A DNA stretch of 64,000 nucleotides, taken from the NCBI GenBank assembly GCA_021776925.1, contig JAJFFB010000084.1:10365-74364 (forward strand), given 5' to 3'. The notes beneath the pieces were generated by a model. It saw only the letters and a program-made list of their open reading frames with translations, was not told where the DNA came from and ran no database searches. A program made the position numbers and the translations under genes. The DNA comes from Planctomycetota bacterium. Its GTDB lineage: Bacteria > Planctomycetota > UBA1135. Shown here one piece after another: positions 1 to 9,680 of this stretch (within the stretch, counting starts at the first letter, position 1; each line of letters begins with the position of its first letter).

Positions 1-403
1 CCTGGTTCTTGCGCGGATACCACACCGAAGTGAAGGCTATGCCGATAGAGAACGACGCTCCCGTAAGTCCAAAGCCAAAACTGCACAGCGCAAAAGTGAG
101 GAAGGAGTCGGCGTAGGACAGCAGGAATAGGGGCACCGCCGACAACAGCAGCAAGGTGGCGAACACCGGCTTGCCACCAAAACGATCGGTCAACATGCCG
201 GCAGGCAGACGGAAGATCGAACCGGTCAGGACCGGGATTCCCAACAACCAGCCGATTTCCACCGGCCCCCAATCGAAGACCTGGTTGCTGGAAAGAAAGG
301 TGACCAGCACACCATTCAGCATCCAGGCTGCAAAACAGACCGTGAATGCCAGCGTATTCAAGGCCAGGGCCTTGTGGGATGAGGTGGTAGCGACTTCCTT
401 CAT
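1..403 (-). CDS. MFS transporter, NarK/NasA-like nitrate/nitrite porter (N-terminal ~134 aa only; gene runs off the left edge)
   Basis: Hand translation of the minus strand from ATG 403-401 gives MKEVATTSSHKALALNTLAFTVCFAAWMLNGVLVTFL...GIPVLTGSIFRLPAGMLTDRFGGKPVF. This is a TM1-loop-TM2 arrangement with the MFS D-R-x-G-G-[KR] loop signature and looks NarK-like overall. It is absent from the ORF track because the window edge truncates it. Confidence 0.55.
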   Translation of the reverse strand, partial: MKEVATTSSHKALALNTLAFTVCFAAWMLNGVLVTFLSSNQVFDWGPVEIGWLLGIPVLTGSIFRLPAGMLTDRFGGKPVFATLLLLSAVPLFLLSYADSFLTFALCSFGFGLTGASFSIGIAFTSVWYPRKNQ

Positions 404-526
404 GGTGACCGGGCGGAGTCCTTGTTCCGGCGAATAACCCCAACCAATGGAAACACAAGGTCAGGCGGTCCATGCCCCCCAGGCAGCATTTTCACGGAGC
501 CAGGGCTGAGAGATCCCAACGCCCGG

Positions 527-3298
527 CTACCGAGGCAGCCGGGCGAGGAGTTCTTGCGGAATGGGAATCTCCAGCAGAGTCAGCGCGTCCAGTGCCTCCT
601 CGCTGACAGAAACCTGAGACGCGGACGCCTCGCGCCATCCGGCAGCACGATTGCGCACACTCCAGAAAATGGTGTAGTCACCGGCTCCGGGCCAACGCAC
701 CACCTGGCGTACAGACCCGACTTTCTCCAGGATGAACTGGGCGTCGTGGCTGCTGTGCATGCTGACGTTCATGGTCAGTTCACTGCCCTCTGGCAAGGCA
801 CCGAAGCCCACAATGTGAATCTCCGAGGCCGCGTAGCGATGCATGGTGATGTCTTGTAATGAAGGAAGCACTTCTTCCAATCGGACTGCCTTCCATCCTT
901 CTGCCCGGAGGGTCAGTGTGGCCGGAGTCTGCCGCGACAAGGGGACCACGATTTCGCTTCCCACCCAATTTGCCCTGCCCGTCATCGTCCCACCGCCAGG
1001 CTTATGGAAACTCATGCGCGGCGAGAATTCATCACCATCCGCTTTGCCAAGGGGCCGCCCGTTCTGGTCGCGCAGTCGCAAGCGCAGCAGTCCAACGAAG
1101 GGGGAGAGATCCAGGTTTTGAAGCCTGGAGTCCTCCCCTGCCACGCCCCCATAGAAAACCACATTTTCCACCCGCAACACCTCCCTGGTGCCGAGCTCCC
1201 GAAGGCTGAACAATACGTCCCAGGTTCCTGCAGGTACCGAGGTCAACTTGAAGGAGACCGCAGGGGGCAAGGTGGCCGCTCGGAAATCGACGAATTCGCT
1301 TCCCACTCCGGTGGTTGAGCGTTCCTTGATCAGGCCGCCGACGGGGACCACCGAGACATCGATGTAGCGCAGCCCCTCCAAGGGCTGGATCGATCCGGTG
1401 ATCGACCCGGCGCGCTTCAGCTGGATGACCACCTCGCGCGTGGTCAGAGCGATCTCGGTAGATCGGGTGACCGCCTGCGGGTGACTGGCTTCGACTCGGA
1501 TCTTGCGAATCGAGACACTTCTGGGACTGGGGGAGTCAGGTGGAAATGCACCGAACTCGGTGTACCAGTCCCGGTCCAGAAACCAGGCTTCTCCCATGCC
1601 ATCCGTAGATGCGCCCCTTGACTGGCCGTTTTCGAATCGGTCGAGCTGCCCCGACCTCTCGGACTTCTCGGATAGGAAGCTCAATTGAACCGAGGCTCCT
1701 GCAAGGGGTTGCTCAGCCTCGTCCACCACGCGGACCTTGAGCAGGGGATCGGTGTCCATCAATTGGACTTCCCCGAGATCAACGGTGGCGTCAGGTGAGG
1801 GCAGGTGCGCCTCCGTGAAGGCCCAATAACGGGATCCCCTCCAATCCTCGCGGTCGGCTGCACTTCTTGGGGGGGGCTCAATCCACTCGAATCCAACTCC
1901 GGTCAGGCAGGCGGTATTGAGGGTGCCGCCGCTTGCGTTGGGATGGCTGGGAAGGATGAAGGTGCCGTCGGAAAAGACAAATGCATTGATCCAAAGCCGT
2001 GCATGATCACCGCATTCCAGAAAGGCGTTGGCTCGGCCATAACCTCGATTGGAATCAAGAATGAAGCGCTCCACCGGCACTGTCATTTCAGGAGGGAAGA
2101 CAAAGCGCCCGTGAAAACCGGGAGGATATTGGAATGTCAACTGGTGTTCGACCCGTTCGCCAGGAAGCACCGGCCCGGCTACCCGTTGTTTGGGGAGGCG
2201 GGTCCTGCCACGCCCTGCTTGCGGGTCGGCGCCGACGCCCACGAGGATCTCCATGTCAAATTCCCGACCGAGGGGAACCTGGTCGAATTCGAACCACCCG
2301 TCGTCTTCACTGCGGGTATAGGCGGAGGAATAGGGAACCCTGGCTTCATCGTCCGTGACCAGATTGAGGGCGGGAAAGGAATGGGCGGGAAAGTCGACCA
2401 GCTGCAGCGCCAGGCGCCCGGTCCCTGGCAGCTGAAAAATGAGGGGACCGACTTCATCGATCCCGAATTCGTGTACAGGCAATTCCGACAGGCCGAATTC
2501 AAGGCCCACCCGGAAACGCAACGGTTGCGGTGCCTCACCAAGCCGAGGAATTGCGCGCGGCGCAGGGATCATGACCATCATGGTGCGGCCATCGCCGATC
2601 TTCCCGATCTGATTGCTGTGATAGATCCAGACCTGGTCGCGGTCCCAGCCGCTGGCGTTGCCAGGTAGCTCCTCGGCTGCAGCGGCGCTGGCCACCTTTG
2701 CATGGAAACGGAATCCCTCGTCCACGGGATTGCCGTTGGCGTCACGGACGATCAACTCGACCATGGGCACCACGCGGAGTTGCAACACGTGCAGCTCAGG
2801 CTCGGAACCTTCAGGTTCCGCCGCGCAGACCAGGTGCCCATAAAGCCCCTGCTCGCAGACCCCCGCCATGCAAGGAGCCAGCGTCGGGATCACCACGCGC
2901 CCGCTTTCGTCGCTTTGTTGAGAGGCGGAAGCCCCGCGCATCCACGAAATCGCCGTGGGGTTCTCCCGGAAATGGTTCAGGATCTCCTCACCGCTCTCAT
3001 TCTCCTGCACCCACCATTGGACCTTGATTCCGGTCGCGGGGTTTCCATCGGGCCCAATCACCTGGACCTGATGCCCGCGCACGATTTCATCACGCTGCGT
3101 GGAGGCTTCGTCGGCTTCAGTCGGATCCGAAATTGAATCCACCGGATCACGGGCTTCGGCAAGCACCGGCAACTCCTCTGTCTTCTCCGCTCCATCGCTG
3201 GTGGTAGGAATGGAGGAACCCCAGGGAAAGAACACAGCCACCACCACAGCACCAAGCAGGACAAAAACCGTGATCAGGATCGCGAGGGGTCCGCGCAT
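527..3298 (-). CDS. Large membrane-anchored, probably extracytoplasmic beta-rich protein, tandem paralog 1 (923 aa), function unknown
   Basis: 923-aa ORF with an N-terminal hydrophobic anchor (MRGPLAILITVFVLLGAVVVAVFF) and an acidic linker. It has a carboxypeptidase-regulatory-like stretch, LKVRVVDEAEQPLAGASVQL. It shares blocks with the neighbouring gene (DLGEVQL..DP.L.V.V.DE, REVLRV). Confidence 0.7.
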   Translation of the reverse strand: MRGPLAILITVFVLLGAVVVAVFFPWGSSIPTTSDGAEKTEELPVLAEARDPVDSISDPTEADEASTQRDEIVRGHQVQVIGPDGNPATGIKVQWWVQENESGEEILNHFRENPTAISWMRGASASQQSDESGRVVIPTLAPCMAGVCEQGLYGHLVCAAEPEGSEPELHVLQLRVVPMVELIVRDANGNPVDEGFRFHAKVASAAAAEELPGNASGWDRDQVWIYHSNQIGKIGDGRTMMVMIPAPRAIPRLGEAPQPLRFRVGLEFGLSELPVHEFGIDEVGPLIFQLPGTGRLALQLVDFPAHSFPALNLVTDDEARVPYSSAYTRSEDDGWFEFDQVPLGREFDMEILVGVGADPQAGRGRTRLPKQRVAGPVLPGERVEHQLTFQYPPGFHGRFVFPPEMTVPVERFILDSNRGYGRANAFLECGDHARLWINAFVFSDGTFILPSHPNASGGTLNTACLTGVGFEWIEPPPRSAADREDWRGSRYWAFTEAHLPSPDATVDLGEVQLMDTDPLLKVRVVDEAEQPLAGASVQLSFLSEKSERSGQLDRFENGQSRGASTDGMGEAWFLDRDWYTEFGAFPPDSPSPRSVSIRKIRVEASHPQAVTRSTEIALTTREVVIQLKRAGSITGSIQPLEGLRYIDVSVVPVGGLIKERSTTGVGSEFVDFRAATLPPAVSFKLTSVPAGTWDVLFSLRELGTREVLRVENVVFYGGVAGEDSRLQNLDLSPFVGLLRLRLRDQNGRPLGKADGDEFSPRMSFHKPGGGTMTGRANWVGSEIVVPLSRQTPATLTLRAEGWKAVRLEEVLPSLQDITMHRYAASEIHIVGFGALPEGSELTMNVSMHSSHDAQFILEKVGSVRQVVRWPGAGDYTIFWSVRNRAAGWREASASQVSVSEEALDALTLLEIPIPQELLARLPR

Positions 3299-3318
3299 TG
3301 TCCTTCAGCTTGAATGGG

Positions 3319-6090
3319 TCATCGGGTTTTGAACAGCGATTCCGGGACTGGCAGATCGTGAATCTGGGAGCTGTCCAAGATGGAATCATCCAAGGTGGTC
3401 TCGGACAATTCCATGTTGATCAGGCTTTGGTCGGCGCCGCGCAGGAACCAGGTCAATCGGTAGCGCCCGGCCTCTCCCATCTCGAGGACCAGATCGCAAC
3501 CGCTCTCGGTTTCAAGTGCCTGCGGGCTGCGACGGCTGGCCAGGGAATGCAGTTGCAAGGACAGCGTCGCCCCGGCAGGAAGCTCGACCTGGTGAACAAA
3601 GCGGAAACGGACCTTGACAATGGGATGGAGTTGGACGGTGTGACGCCCTGGGTCGAGATCGGAAAGGAAAATGGGGCGATAGCCCTCGCAGGCCAGGAAG
3701 CCTTGGAACTTCTGGCCACGCGGCATCGCCGCGTAGGCGTATCCATCGCGCCACAGAATTCCGGTGCCGCTGCGCCCGTTCCCTTCCAGCGCGTTCTCCG
3801 TCAAAACCAGAGTCCGGTTGCGGAAGTCCTCTTTGCTCCAGACCTCGCCGGTTGGTGAAAGAACCTGCAATTCAAGGTGGTCCAGGTAGGGAGCCAGGTC
3901 GACCACGGTCTCGGCACCCGAAGGATCACTTGGATCGACTCCCAAGACCCGTAGTACTTCCCGGTCCGAACCTGAGAAATAGAAAAGAAGGTCATGCAGC
4001 CGGGGCTCCACCGGACCCAGTTCAAACGAGACCAGAGTGCCCTGCTCGACCTGCTCCGCAGTAGGACTGCTTCCATGGAGTTGTTTTCGCGCAGGCGCGA
4101 CCACTCCAGGCTGCTTCTGGGAGCCTTCGGGGAGCAGCGCCATGACCGAAATATCGCGCAGGAAGTCCGGGAGTTCTGCCCTGCCGCGGATGATGGAAGC
4201 CGGTTTCAGAGAAAGGGTGAGGGTCCGCTCCGAGGAATCGAACTCGTGCACGACCGGAAGGAAATCCGGGTGACGGGCCTTGACCTGGCAGCGTCCGGTC
4301 GCTTCACCGATTCCGCCGTACAAGGGGAAGGTGCGTGTGAAATCGAAACCTGGAAATCCGACACTGCCGTCCTCCAGCGTCTTCACAACCCGGTAGGAAG
4401 GATGGGCGGGCAAGCGAGTCGATTGCCACCGCGTTTTTACTGGCCCATAGGGTGAGGTGATCTGGCGCTCGATGGAAACCATGGCCCCAGTGATCGCCTG
4501 TCCGAGTTCGTCTTGGACCTGGACCCTCAAGACTGGATCCTCCCTGGCGAGCTGGACTTCGCCGAGGTCGGCCTGCAGGGTGGTCGAGGACAGGGCCAGT
4601 TCCACCCGTGCCCAGTCCGGGAGCAGATCACTGGATTGTCCAACAGTTCCCAGCCGGAGGTTGCGTGTGAACAGGAGCTCGGTCAAATCGTGCAGCCGCA
4701 AGTCCTCGGCATTCTGGGTGGGCAAGCGTGCAACAAAGCGACCGTCCGCCGTCAGGTCGAGCGGCAAACGCAGGGATGCAGCTGCTGGATCCGCGGTGCG
4801 GCCAAGCAGGGTGATTTGCCAGGCACGATCGGTGGGCGGTACGAGTGGATTGCCTTGGGAACCCACCAGGCGGCCGATGAAGGTCCCTGCGACCTGTTGA
4901 CTGAAGGTCCCGAACACAACCTCGCCCTCAACGCCAGGCCCGTCCATGCGATGAGGCTCGAAGGAGGTCGAGGATATTGAATAACCGCCTCGTTCTGTGA
5001 TCGAACGACGCTGCAACTCCACCTTCAATTTCTTTCCCAATGGAAGATGGCGAAATACCCATTGACCTTCTTCGTTGGGCATCTCTTCAGGAATTGCGTT
5101 GCTAAATGAACTGCGGAAACCAAAACGCGGATCAACGTCCTCCCTCAAGCGCGGCACGATGTCGTCGGGGTATCCGTTCAGGACCACGCGCGCCTCGCCG
5201 GTCGGTGGCATGGTCAGCCGGATTTCCTGGGTCTGATTCAGGGTGATGGGCGCAGTGGTTTTCTCTCCGAGCGGAAGGGAAATCTGGACCCAGATCATTG
5301 TTCCTGCGTCGCGAAGGCCGAGTTCGGAGATGCGTTCCTCCGGCACCACCGAGGACATCCAGGCGCGGCCTTCGTCATTGGTGGTTCGAGCCGCCCCAAG
5401 TGGAGATGGGAAGTAAAAGCCCTGGCTTCGATCCTGCGCACGTTCCAACCTGTCCTTCTGTCCGTGAAAAACCATGATGCTCTGGCCAGGGAGGGGTTGG
5501 CCGGCAGCATCAAGGGCGATGACAGGGAACTGGATCGCCTTACGCAATTCAAGGCGCACCGGGTTGCTGGAATCCCCGTCCCAAACTCCGAAGGCCACGC
5601 CTCCCTCCAAGCCTTCTTCGGTAACCACGGCGAAACCAACACCGCTCTTGGGCAACCAAGCCAGGCCGTCACCATCGGTCCACACTCCCGGAGAGTTCAA
5701 GGAAAAAGAAGAGGGCCTGATCAAACCTGAGTCTGCGAGCAGGGGCACAAATCCAGGATCCTCTGCGAATTCCTCGGGAGCCATGCTGAAAAAGACCTGC
5801 ATGTTCTGGCCAGGGGACCCGTCGGGCCGTAACACAAGAACCGGGCGCCCCTTCCCTTCAGCGCCGACCCGGCCTGTCGGAGCAACTCCGTCTGGACTCG
5901 ATTCCGCCGAGGAGCGCGCTGGCGCCGCGCTGGCCTTTGCTATGTCGGGTGCCCCTTGTTCTTCGGAGGGAATCTCTGCGGACGGATCGCCTGACGCCAG
6001 TTCGGGATTGGCTTTGGAAAAGGGGTTGCCGAAAATTACAACCAGGACCCCAACCAAGATGAGTGCGCAAGAAAGGAAAAATCTGTTCAT
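3319..6090 (-). CDS. Large membrane-anchored beta-rich protein, tandem paralog 2 (923 aa), function unknown
   Basis: 923-aa ORF with an N-terminal anchor (MNRFFLSCALILVGVLVVIFG) and a low-complexity Ala/Ser/Pro linker. DLGEVQLAREDPVLRVQVQDELGQAITGAMVSI aligns with DLGEVQLMDTDPLLKVRVVDEAEQPLAGASVQL of paralog 1. There is a 20-nt gap to paralog 1 on the same strand. Confidence 0.7.
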   Translation of the reverse strand: MNRFFLSCALILVGVLVVIFGNPFSKANPELASGDPSAEIPSEEQGAPDIAKASAAPARSSAESSPDGVAPTGRVGAEGKGRPVLVLRPDGSPGQNMQVFFSMAPEEFAEDPGFVPLLADSGLIRPSSFSLNSPGVWTDGDGLAWLPKSGVGFAVVTEEGLEGGVAFGVWDGDSSNPVRLELRKAIQFPVIALDAAGQPLPGQSIMVFHGQKDRLERAQDRSQGFYFPSPLGAARTTNDEGRAWMSSVVPEERISELGLRDAGTMIWVQISLPLGEKTTAPITLNQTQEIRLTMPPTGEARVVLNGYPDDIVPRLREDVDPRFGFRSSFSNAIPEEMPNEEGQWVFRHLPLGKKLKVELQRRSITERGGYSISSTSFEPHRMDGPGVEGEVVFGTFSQQVAGTFIGRLVGSQGNPLVPPTDRAWQITLLGRTADPAAASLRLPLDLTADGRFVARLPTQNAEDLRLHDLTELLFTRNLRLGTVGQSSDLLPDWARVELALSSTTLQADLGEVQLAREDPVLRVQVQDELGQAITGAMVSIERQITSPYGPVKTRWQSTRLPAHPSYRVVKTLEDGSVGFPGFDFTRTFPLYGGIGEATGRCQVKARHPDFLPVVHEFDSSERTLTLSLKPASIIRGRAELPDFLRDISVMALLPEGSQKQPGVVAPARKQLHGSSPTAEQVEQGTLVSFELGPVEPRLHDLLFYFSGSDREVLRVLGVDPSDPSGAETVVDLAPYLDHLELQVLSPTGEVWSKEDFRNRTLVLTENALEGNGRSGTGILWRDGYAYAAMPRGQKFQGFLACEGYRPIFLSDLDPGRHTVQLHPIVKVRFRFVHQVELPAGATLSLQLHSLASRRSPQALETESGCDLVLEMGEAGRYRLTWFLRGADQSLINMELSETTLDDSILDSSQIHDLPVPESLFKTR

Positions 6091-6147
6091 GGAATGGTGC
6101 CGATCATAGCGTCATTCCGCGCCGTGGGCACGGTGCGCAAGGCTCGG

Positions 6148-7155
6148 CTAGCGTCCTGTCGCCAGCATGCCGTCGAGCATTTCGACGAGTTCGTCACGGG
6201 TGTAGGTGTAGGGCTGGTCCTGATTGAGTTGCACCACCTTGTTCATGGCGGCGCGGATGGTGAGCGCGGCTTCCTGTTGATTGGGTACGACCATGTAGCG
6301 GAGCTTGGGTTGCTCCGAGGTCAGGGCGTGCACGAAGGCCTCGGCGACTTCGTCAGGGTCCTTGTACTGACCGCGATCGAGGCGACTGCGCAGCAGGCCC
6401 TCGAGCTGACCCTGGTACCGCGATCCTTCGGTGGTGTAGCCGCGAGCCTCAAGGCGTTCCTTCATGCTGGTGGTGATCTTCGATTTGTAGTTGCCCGGCT
6501 CGACCACACTGACCTTTACGCCGAACGGCGCGAGTTCCATCGCCAACGCGTCGGTGTAGGCCTCAACCGCGTGTTTGCTCATCGCATACAAACCGCCGAG
6601 CCCCCACGCCATGATGCCGGAGATCGAACCGGTGGTGATCACCCGGCCCTTGCTTTCGATCAGCAGCGGCGCAAAAGCCTTGGTCACGCGGTAAGGCCCG
6701 GCGACGTTGACGTCCATCTGAAAATCGAAATCCTCTTGGGTCACTTCGATCAACGGTGCCACCACCACCACTCCGGCGTTGTTGATCAAGCCGTAAAGGC
6801 CACGCCCGCTTTCCTCAACGATTTTGAACGCCGCATCGATCTCGGCAGGAACCGTGACGTCGAGGCGGATCGCCTGCACGTTTTCGATCGCATCGAGTTC
6901 CTTCAGGTCCGTCTCCTTGCGCGCGCCGGCATAGACGAAGAAACCCTTCTTGGCCAGCACCTCGGCGGTGGTGCGCCCGATGCCGCTGCTGGCCCCGGTC
7001 ACCAGCACCGCGCGTTGCGGCGCGGGAGTGGTTGCGGGTTCTTGCACCCCAGTCACCCCATCCACCCCAGGCGCAGGACTACCCGGACCCAGGGCGGAGG
7101 TCCAACCGATCAAGGTGCACGCAAGGAGGATGGCGATGGCTCTCATGACAGCCAC
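6148..7155 (-). CDS. Short-chain dehydrogenase/reductase (SDR) with N-terminal signal-like segment
   Basis: TGASSGIG cofactor motif (VLVTGASSGIGRTTAEVL), NNAG, and the catalytic Y-x3-K in YAMSKHAVEAYTDALAMEL. The N-terminus MRAIAILLACTLIGWTSALG looks like a signal peptide, so the start may be M4 at 7146. Confidence 0.85.
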   Translation of the reverse strand: MAVMRAIAILLACTLIGWTSALGPGSPAPGVDGVTGVQEPATTPAPQRAVLVTGASSGIGRTTAEVLAKKGFFVYAGARKETDLKELDAIENVQAIRLDVTVPAEIDAAFKIVEESGRGLYGLINNAGVVVVAPLIEVTQEDFDFQMDVNVAGPYRVTKAFAPLLIESKGRVITTGSISGIMAWGLGGLYAMSKHAVEAYTDALAMELAPFGVKVSVVEPGNYKSKITTSMKERLEARGYTTEGSRYQGQLEGLLRSRLDRGQYKDPDEVAEAFVHALTSEQPKLRYMVVPNQQEAALTIRAAMNKVVQLNQDQPYTYTRDELVEMLDGMLATGR

Positions 7156-7194
7156 CGTAACCCCAAAATGGAGGATCTGGTGTCTAATGGAATC

Positions 7195-8475
7195 ATGAAG
7201 ATGCGCCTCATCTCCGCAGTAGCCCTGTTCCTGGCAAGTAGCACCACATCCGCTTTTCCTGCCCAGAACCCGGATCTGGCCATCTTCGATCTGACCGAGG
7301 GAAAAGACACGACGGTCGAGGTCAGCAACAACAACCCCGGCGACATCGTGCGAGTGGCGGCCTCATTACACGGGCCTGGACCCACCTCGACGATCTTCGG
7401 CATGGTCGACCTGACACCGCCGTGGATGAACTTCCCTCCCTTGGTGGCGGATGCCGCCGGAGTCGCATCGATGACCAAGTCGGTGCCCGCGGGAACCGCA
7501 GGCGTTCCGGTCTGGATTCAGGCGGTCAACGTGAGCAGTGGTCTGCTCAGCAACAGCCTCGCCGAGGTCATCGCTCCCGACGCCTCCATCGACGTGGTAT
7601 TTGTTCCTGCAGGGACCTTCGTCATGGGCGACCATTTTGGCGTTGGCAGGCCGGATGAACTGCCCTTGCACAGCGTCACTGTCGACGGTTTCTGGATGGA
7701 CCAATTCGAAGTGACCAACGCGGTCTACGCGAACTACCTGAATGCAGCCTATGCCGCAGGTGAAGTCACGGTGACCTCCAACGTCGTTTATCAGGTCGGC
7801 GGCGCCGGCCAGGTGATCTGCAGCACCACCTTGAGTTCGATATTCAGCCGGATCGTCTGGAGTGGTTCCGACTTCTCAGTGACCCCAGGCAAGGAAGACC
7901 ACCCGATGGTAGATGTCTCGTGGTATGGATCCTGCGCCTACGCCAATTGGCGCAGCGTTCAAGAGGGCCTGACTCCCTGTTATGACCCCTTGACCTGGGG
8001 GTGCAATTTTGCCGCCGACGGGTTGCGCCTGCCGACCGAGGCCGAATGGGAATACGCTGCCCGTGGAGGAGCAGCCACCGCCACCCAGTACCACTGGGGA
8101 AACACCATCAACGACTCCCACGCCAATTACTTCGATTCGGGCGACCCCTTCGAATCGGATCCCGATCCCAAGACGACTCCGGTGGGTTACTACGATGGCA
8201 ACCAGATTCCAGCCGGCGTCGACATGGCCAACGCCTACGGCCTTTATGACATGTCGGGCAACATGGTGGAATGGTGCAACGACTGGTATGACGCGGCCTA
8301 CTACGCTTCCAGCCCCGCGGTCAATCCGACCGGACCCGCTACCGGCACCTTCAAAGTGACTCGTGGAGGCAGCTGGGATCGCACTCCAATCGGCCTGCGT
8401 TCGGCCTGGCGCGCATTCATCTTCCCCTTCTTCCGCTTCATGAGCAACGGCTTCCGCCTGGTCTCCGTTCGTTAG
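7195..8475 (+). CDS. Secreted FGE-sulfatase (SUMF1/DUF323) fold protein with an N-terminal ~100-aa extra module
   Basis: In-frame ATG at 7195 inside the over-long 6094..8475 ORF, whose upstream part is antisense to the SDR. Signal peptide MKMRLISAVALFLASSTTSAFPA. FGE-family blocks are FVPAGTFVMGD, VTVDGFWMDQFEVTN, RLPTEAEWEYAARGG, YGLYDMSGNMVEWCNDWY and RGGSW. There is no Cys pair after RGGSW. Confidence 0.8.
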   Translation: MKMRLISAVALFLASSTTSAFPAQNPDLAIFDLTEGKDTTVEVSNNNPGDIVRVAASLHGPGPTSTIFGMVDLTPPWMNFPPLVADAAGVASMTKSVPAGTAGVPVWIQAVNVSSGLLSNSLAEVIAPDASIDVVFVPAGTFVMGDHFGVGRPDELPLHSVTVDGFWMDQFEVTNAVYANYLNAAYAAGEVTVTSNVVYQVGGAGQVICSTTLSSIFSRIVWSGSDFSVTPGKEDHPMVDVSWYGSCAYANWRSVQEGLTPCYDPLTWGCNFAADGLRLPTEAEWEYAARGGAATATQYHWGNTINDSHANYFDSGDPFESDPDPKTTPVGYYDGNQIPAGVDMANAYGLYDMSGNMVEWCNDWYDAAYYASSPAVNPTGPATGTFKVTRGGSWDRTPIGLRSAWRAFIFPFFRFMSNGFRLVSVR

Positions 8476-9587
8476 TGTATTCGGCCGGTGCCTTCTTCGC
8501 TTTGGCAACGAAAGGAGGTCGGGGTGAGTCCAAATTGCTGACGGAAGGCGTTGGCGAAGTACTGGCTGGACGAGAAGCCAACTTCAAAGGCGATGGCGGC
8601 GATGCGCCGTTGGGGGGAATTGAGCAGCAGCCGCGCGGCGCGCTCCAAGCGACAACGATTGAGGAAGCGCACCGGAGTGTCGTTCTTGAGTCGCTTGCAA
8701 TGGTCGGTGAAGTGGGTCGGCCCCAGGCTGCACTCTGCCGCCATGGACTCCAGCGTCCAGGGCATTGCCAGGGATTGCGCAGACCGGGTGAGGTCGTCAA
8801 GGAACAATTCAACCGTGCGTGCGGTGCTGGAGAGAGTCTGGTCCAGGGGCAGGTCGGCGCGCTCAAGCAGCTCCAGGACCAGGAGCAACAACTCGTTGAT
8901 CAAGAGGACAAGCCAGGGATTCGGGGCGGGCGAAGCGCCTCCGCGCAGTGCGGTCGCGATCTTGCGGAAGCAACGACCGATGTCTTCTCCGGCGCGCAAC
9001 ACCGGCTGCTCGTTATAACGCAAGAGCTCGGTTAAGCGGGAGAGAACCGCAGTCTCGAGGACCACCCACTTCGGCCACTTCCACGCGTGGTTCGGATGCC
9101 GCACGCCGACGTCGAGGATCAGCCAGTGCAGGCGGCCGGCGTCGAGCAGCGGCTTGCCGAGGGCATGGGGTTGCCACGGCCGAGTGATGGTCAGATCGTC
9201 CGGTTTGAGGAACCCGGCGCTGCAGTCGGTCTGAAAAAAGTGTCGACCGGTCTCGAGGAAGGTGATCTCGATGCCTTCGTTGCGGTGCCACGGCAACCCC
9301 CAATGCTGCTTGCCGACCAGATCCCAATTGCCGATGGTACACAGGCCCGGCAACTCGTCGCGCCCCAGCGGGCGTCCGGGGTATTGGCCGCGGGACAAAG
9401 CATCGAGTCGCGCTTCTCCGCTCTCAACCGCCGCACGCAGAGGCCGGCAGCTGTCGGCTTCGTGGACCAGGTCGTGGTCGACGAAACGAGGAAGAAGAGG
9501 ACTCTGCGCAGCCACGTGGTACCTGGAGGGGGTCAGGTCGAGCCATTGAGCGCTTTGCAGGGTAAGCCGAAGGCCTGCTTTGTGCAA
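8472..9587 (-). CDS. AraC/XylS-family transcriptional regulator
   Basis: C-terminal double HTH: LESMAAECSLGPTHFTDHCKRLKNDTPVRFLNRCRLERAARLLL....IAAIAFEVGFSSSQYFANAFRQQFGLTPTSFR. It is divergent from the 9681 cluster. Confidence 0.85.
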   Translation of the reverse strand: MHKAGLRLTLQSAQWLDLTPSRYHVAAQSPLLPRFVDHDLVHEADSCRPLRAAVESGEARLDALSRGQYPGRPLGRDELPGLCTIGNWDLVGKQHWGLPWHRNEGIEITFLETGRHFFQTDCSAGFLKPDDLTITRPWQPHALGKPLLDAGRLHWLILDVGVRHPNHAWKWPKWVVLETAVLSRLTELLRYNEQPVLRAGEDIGRCFRKIATALRGGASPAPNPWLVLLINELLLLVLELLERADLPLDQTLSSTARTVELFLDDLTRSAQSLAMPWTLESMAAECSLGPTHFTDHCKRLKNDTPVRFLNRCRLERAARLLLNSPQRRIAAIAFEVGFSSSQYFANAFRQQFGLTPTSFRCQSEEGTGRIH

Positions 9588-9680
9588 AATCCTTCAGTGG
9601 GCTCTACGCGAAGACGGCCCCGTATTGGGCTGATAGCTTGTGGTTGGAATCCCTAACCCAAGACCCAGCGGAGATGGAAG

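Noticed and set aside
6094-7194. The first 367 codons of the 793-aa plus-strand ORF 6094..8475.
   Set aside because: This part is exactly antisense to the well-supported SDR gene and translates to Arg/Gly/His-rich sequence with no motifs. The real gene starts at ATG 7195 with a signal peptide.
7195-8475. A diversity-generating retroelement targeting the C-terminal C-type-lectin-fold of the FGE-like protein, or the CTLDs at 56493-58403.
   Set aside because: There is no reverse transcriptase gene anywhere in the window, and I could find no nearby template-repeat copy of either C-terminal region.
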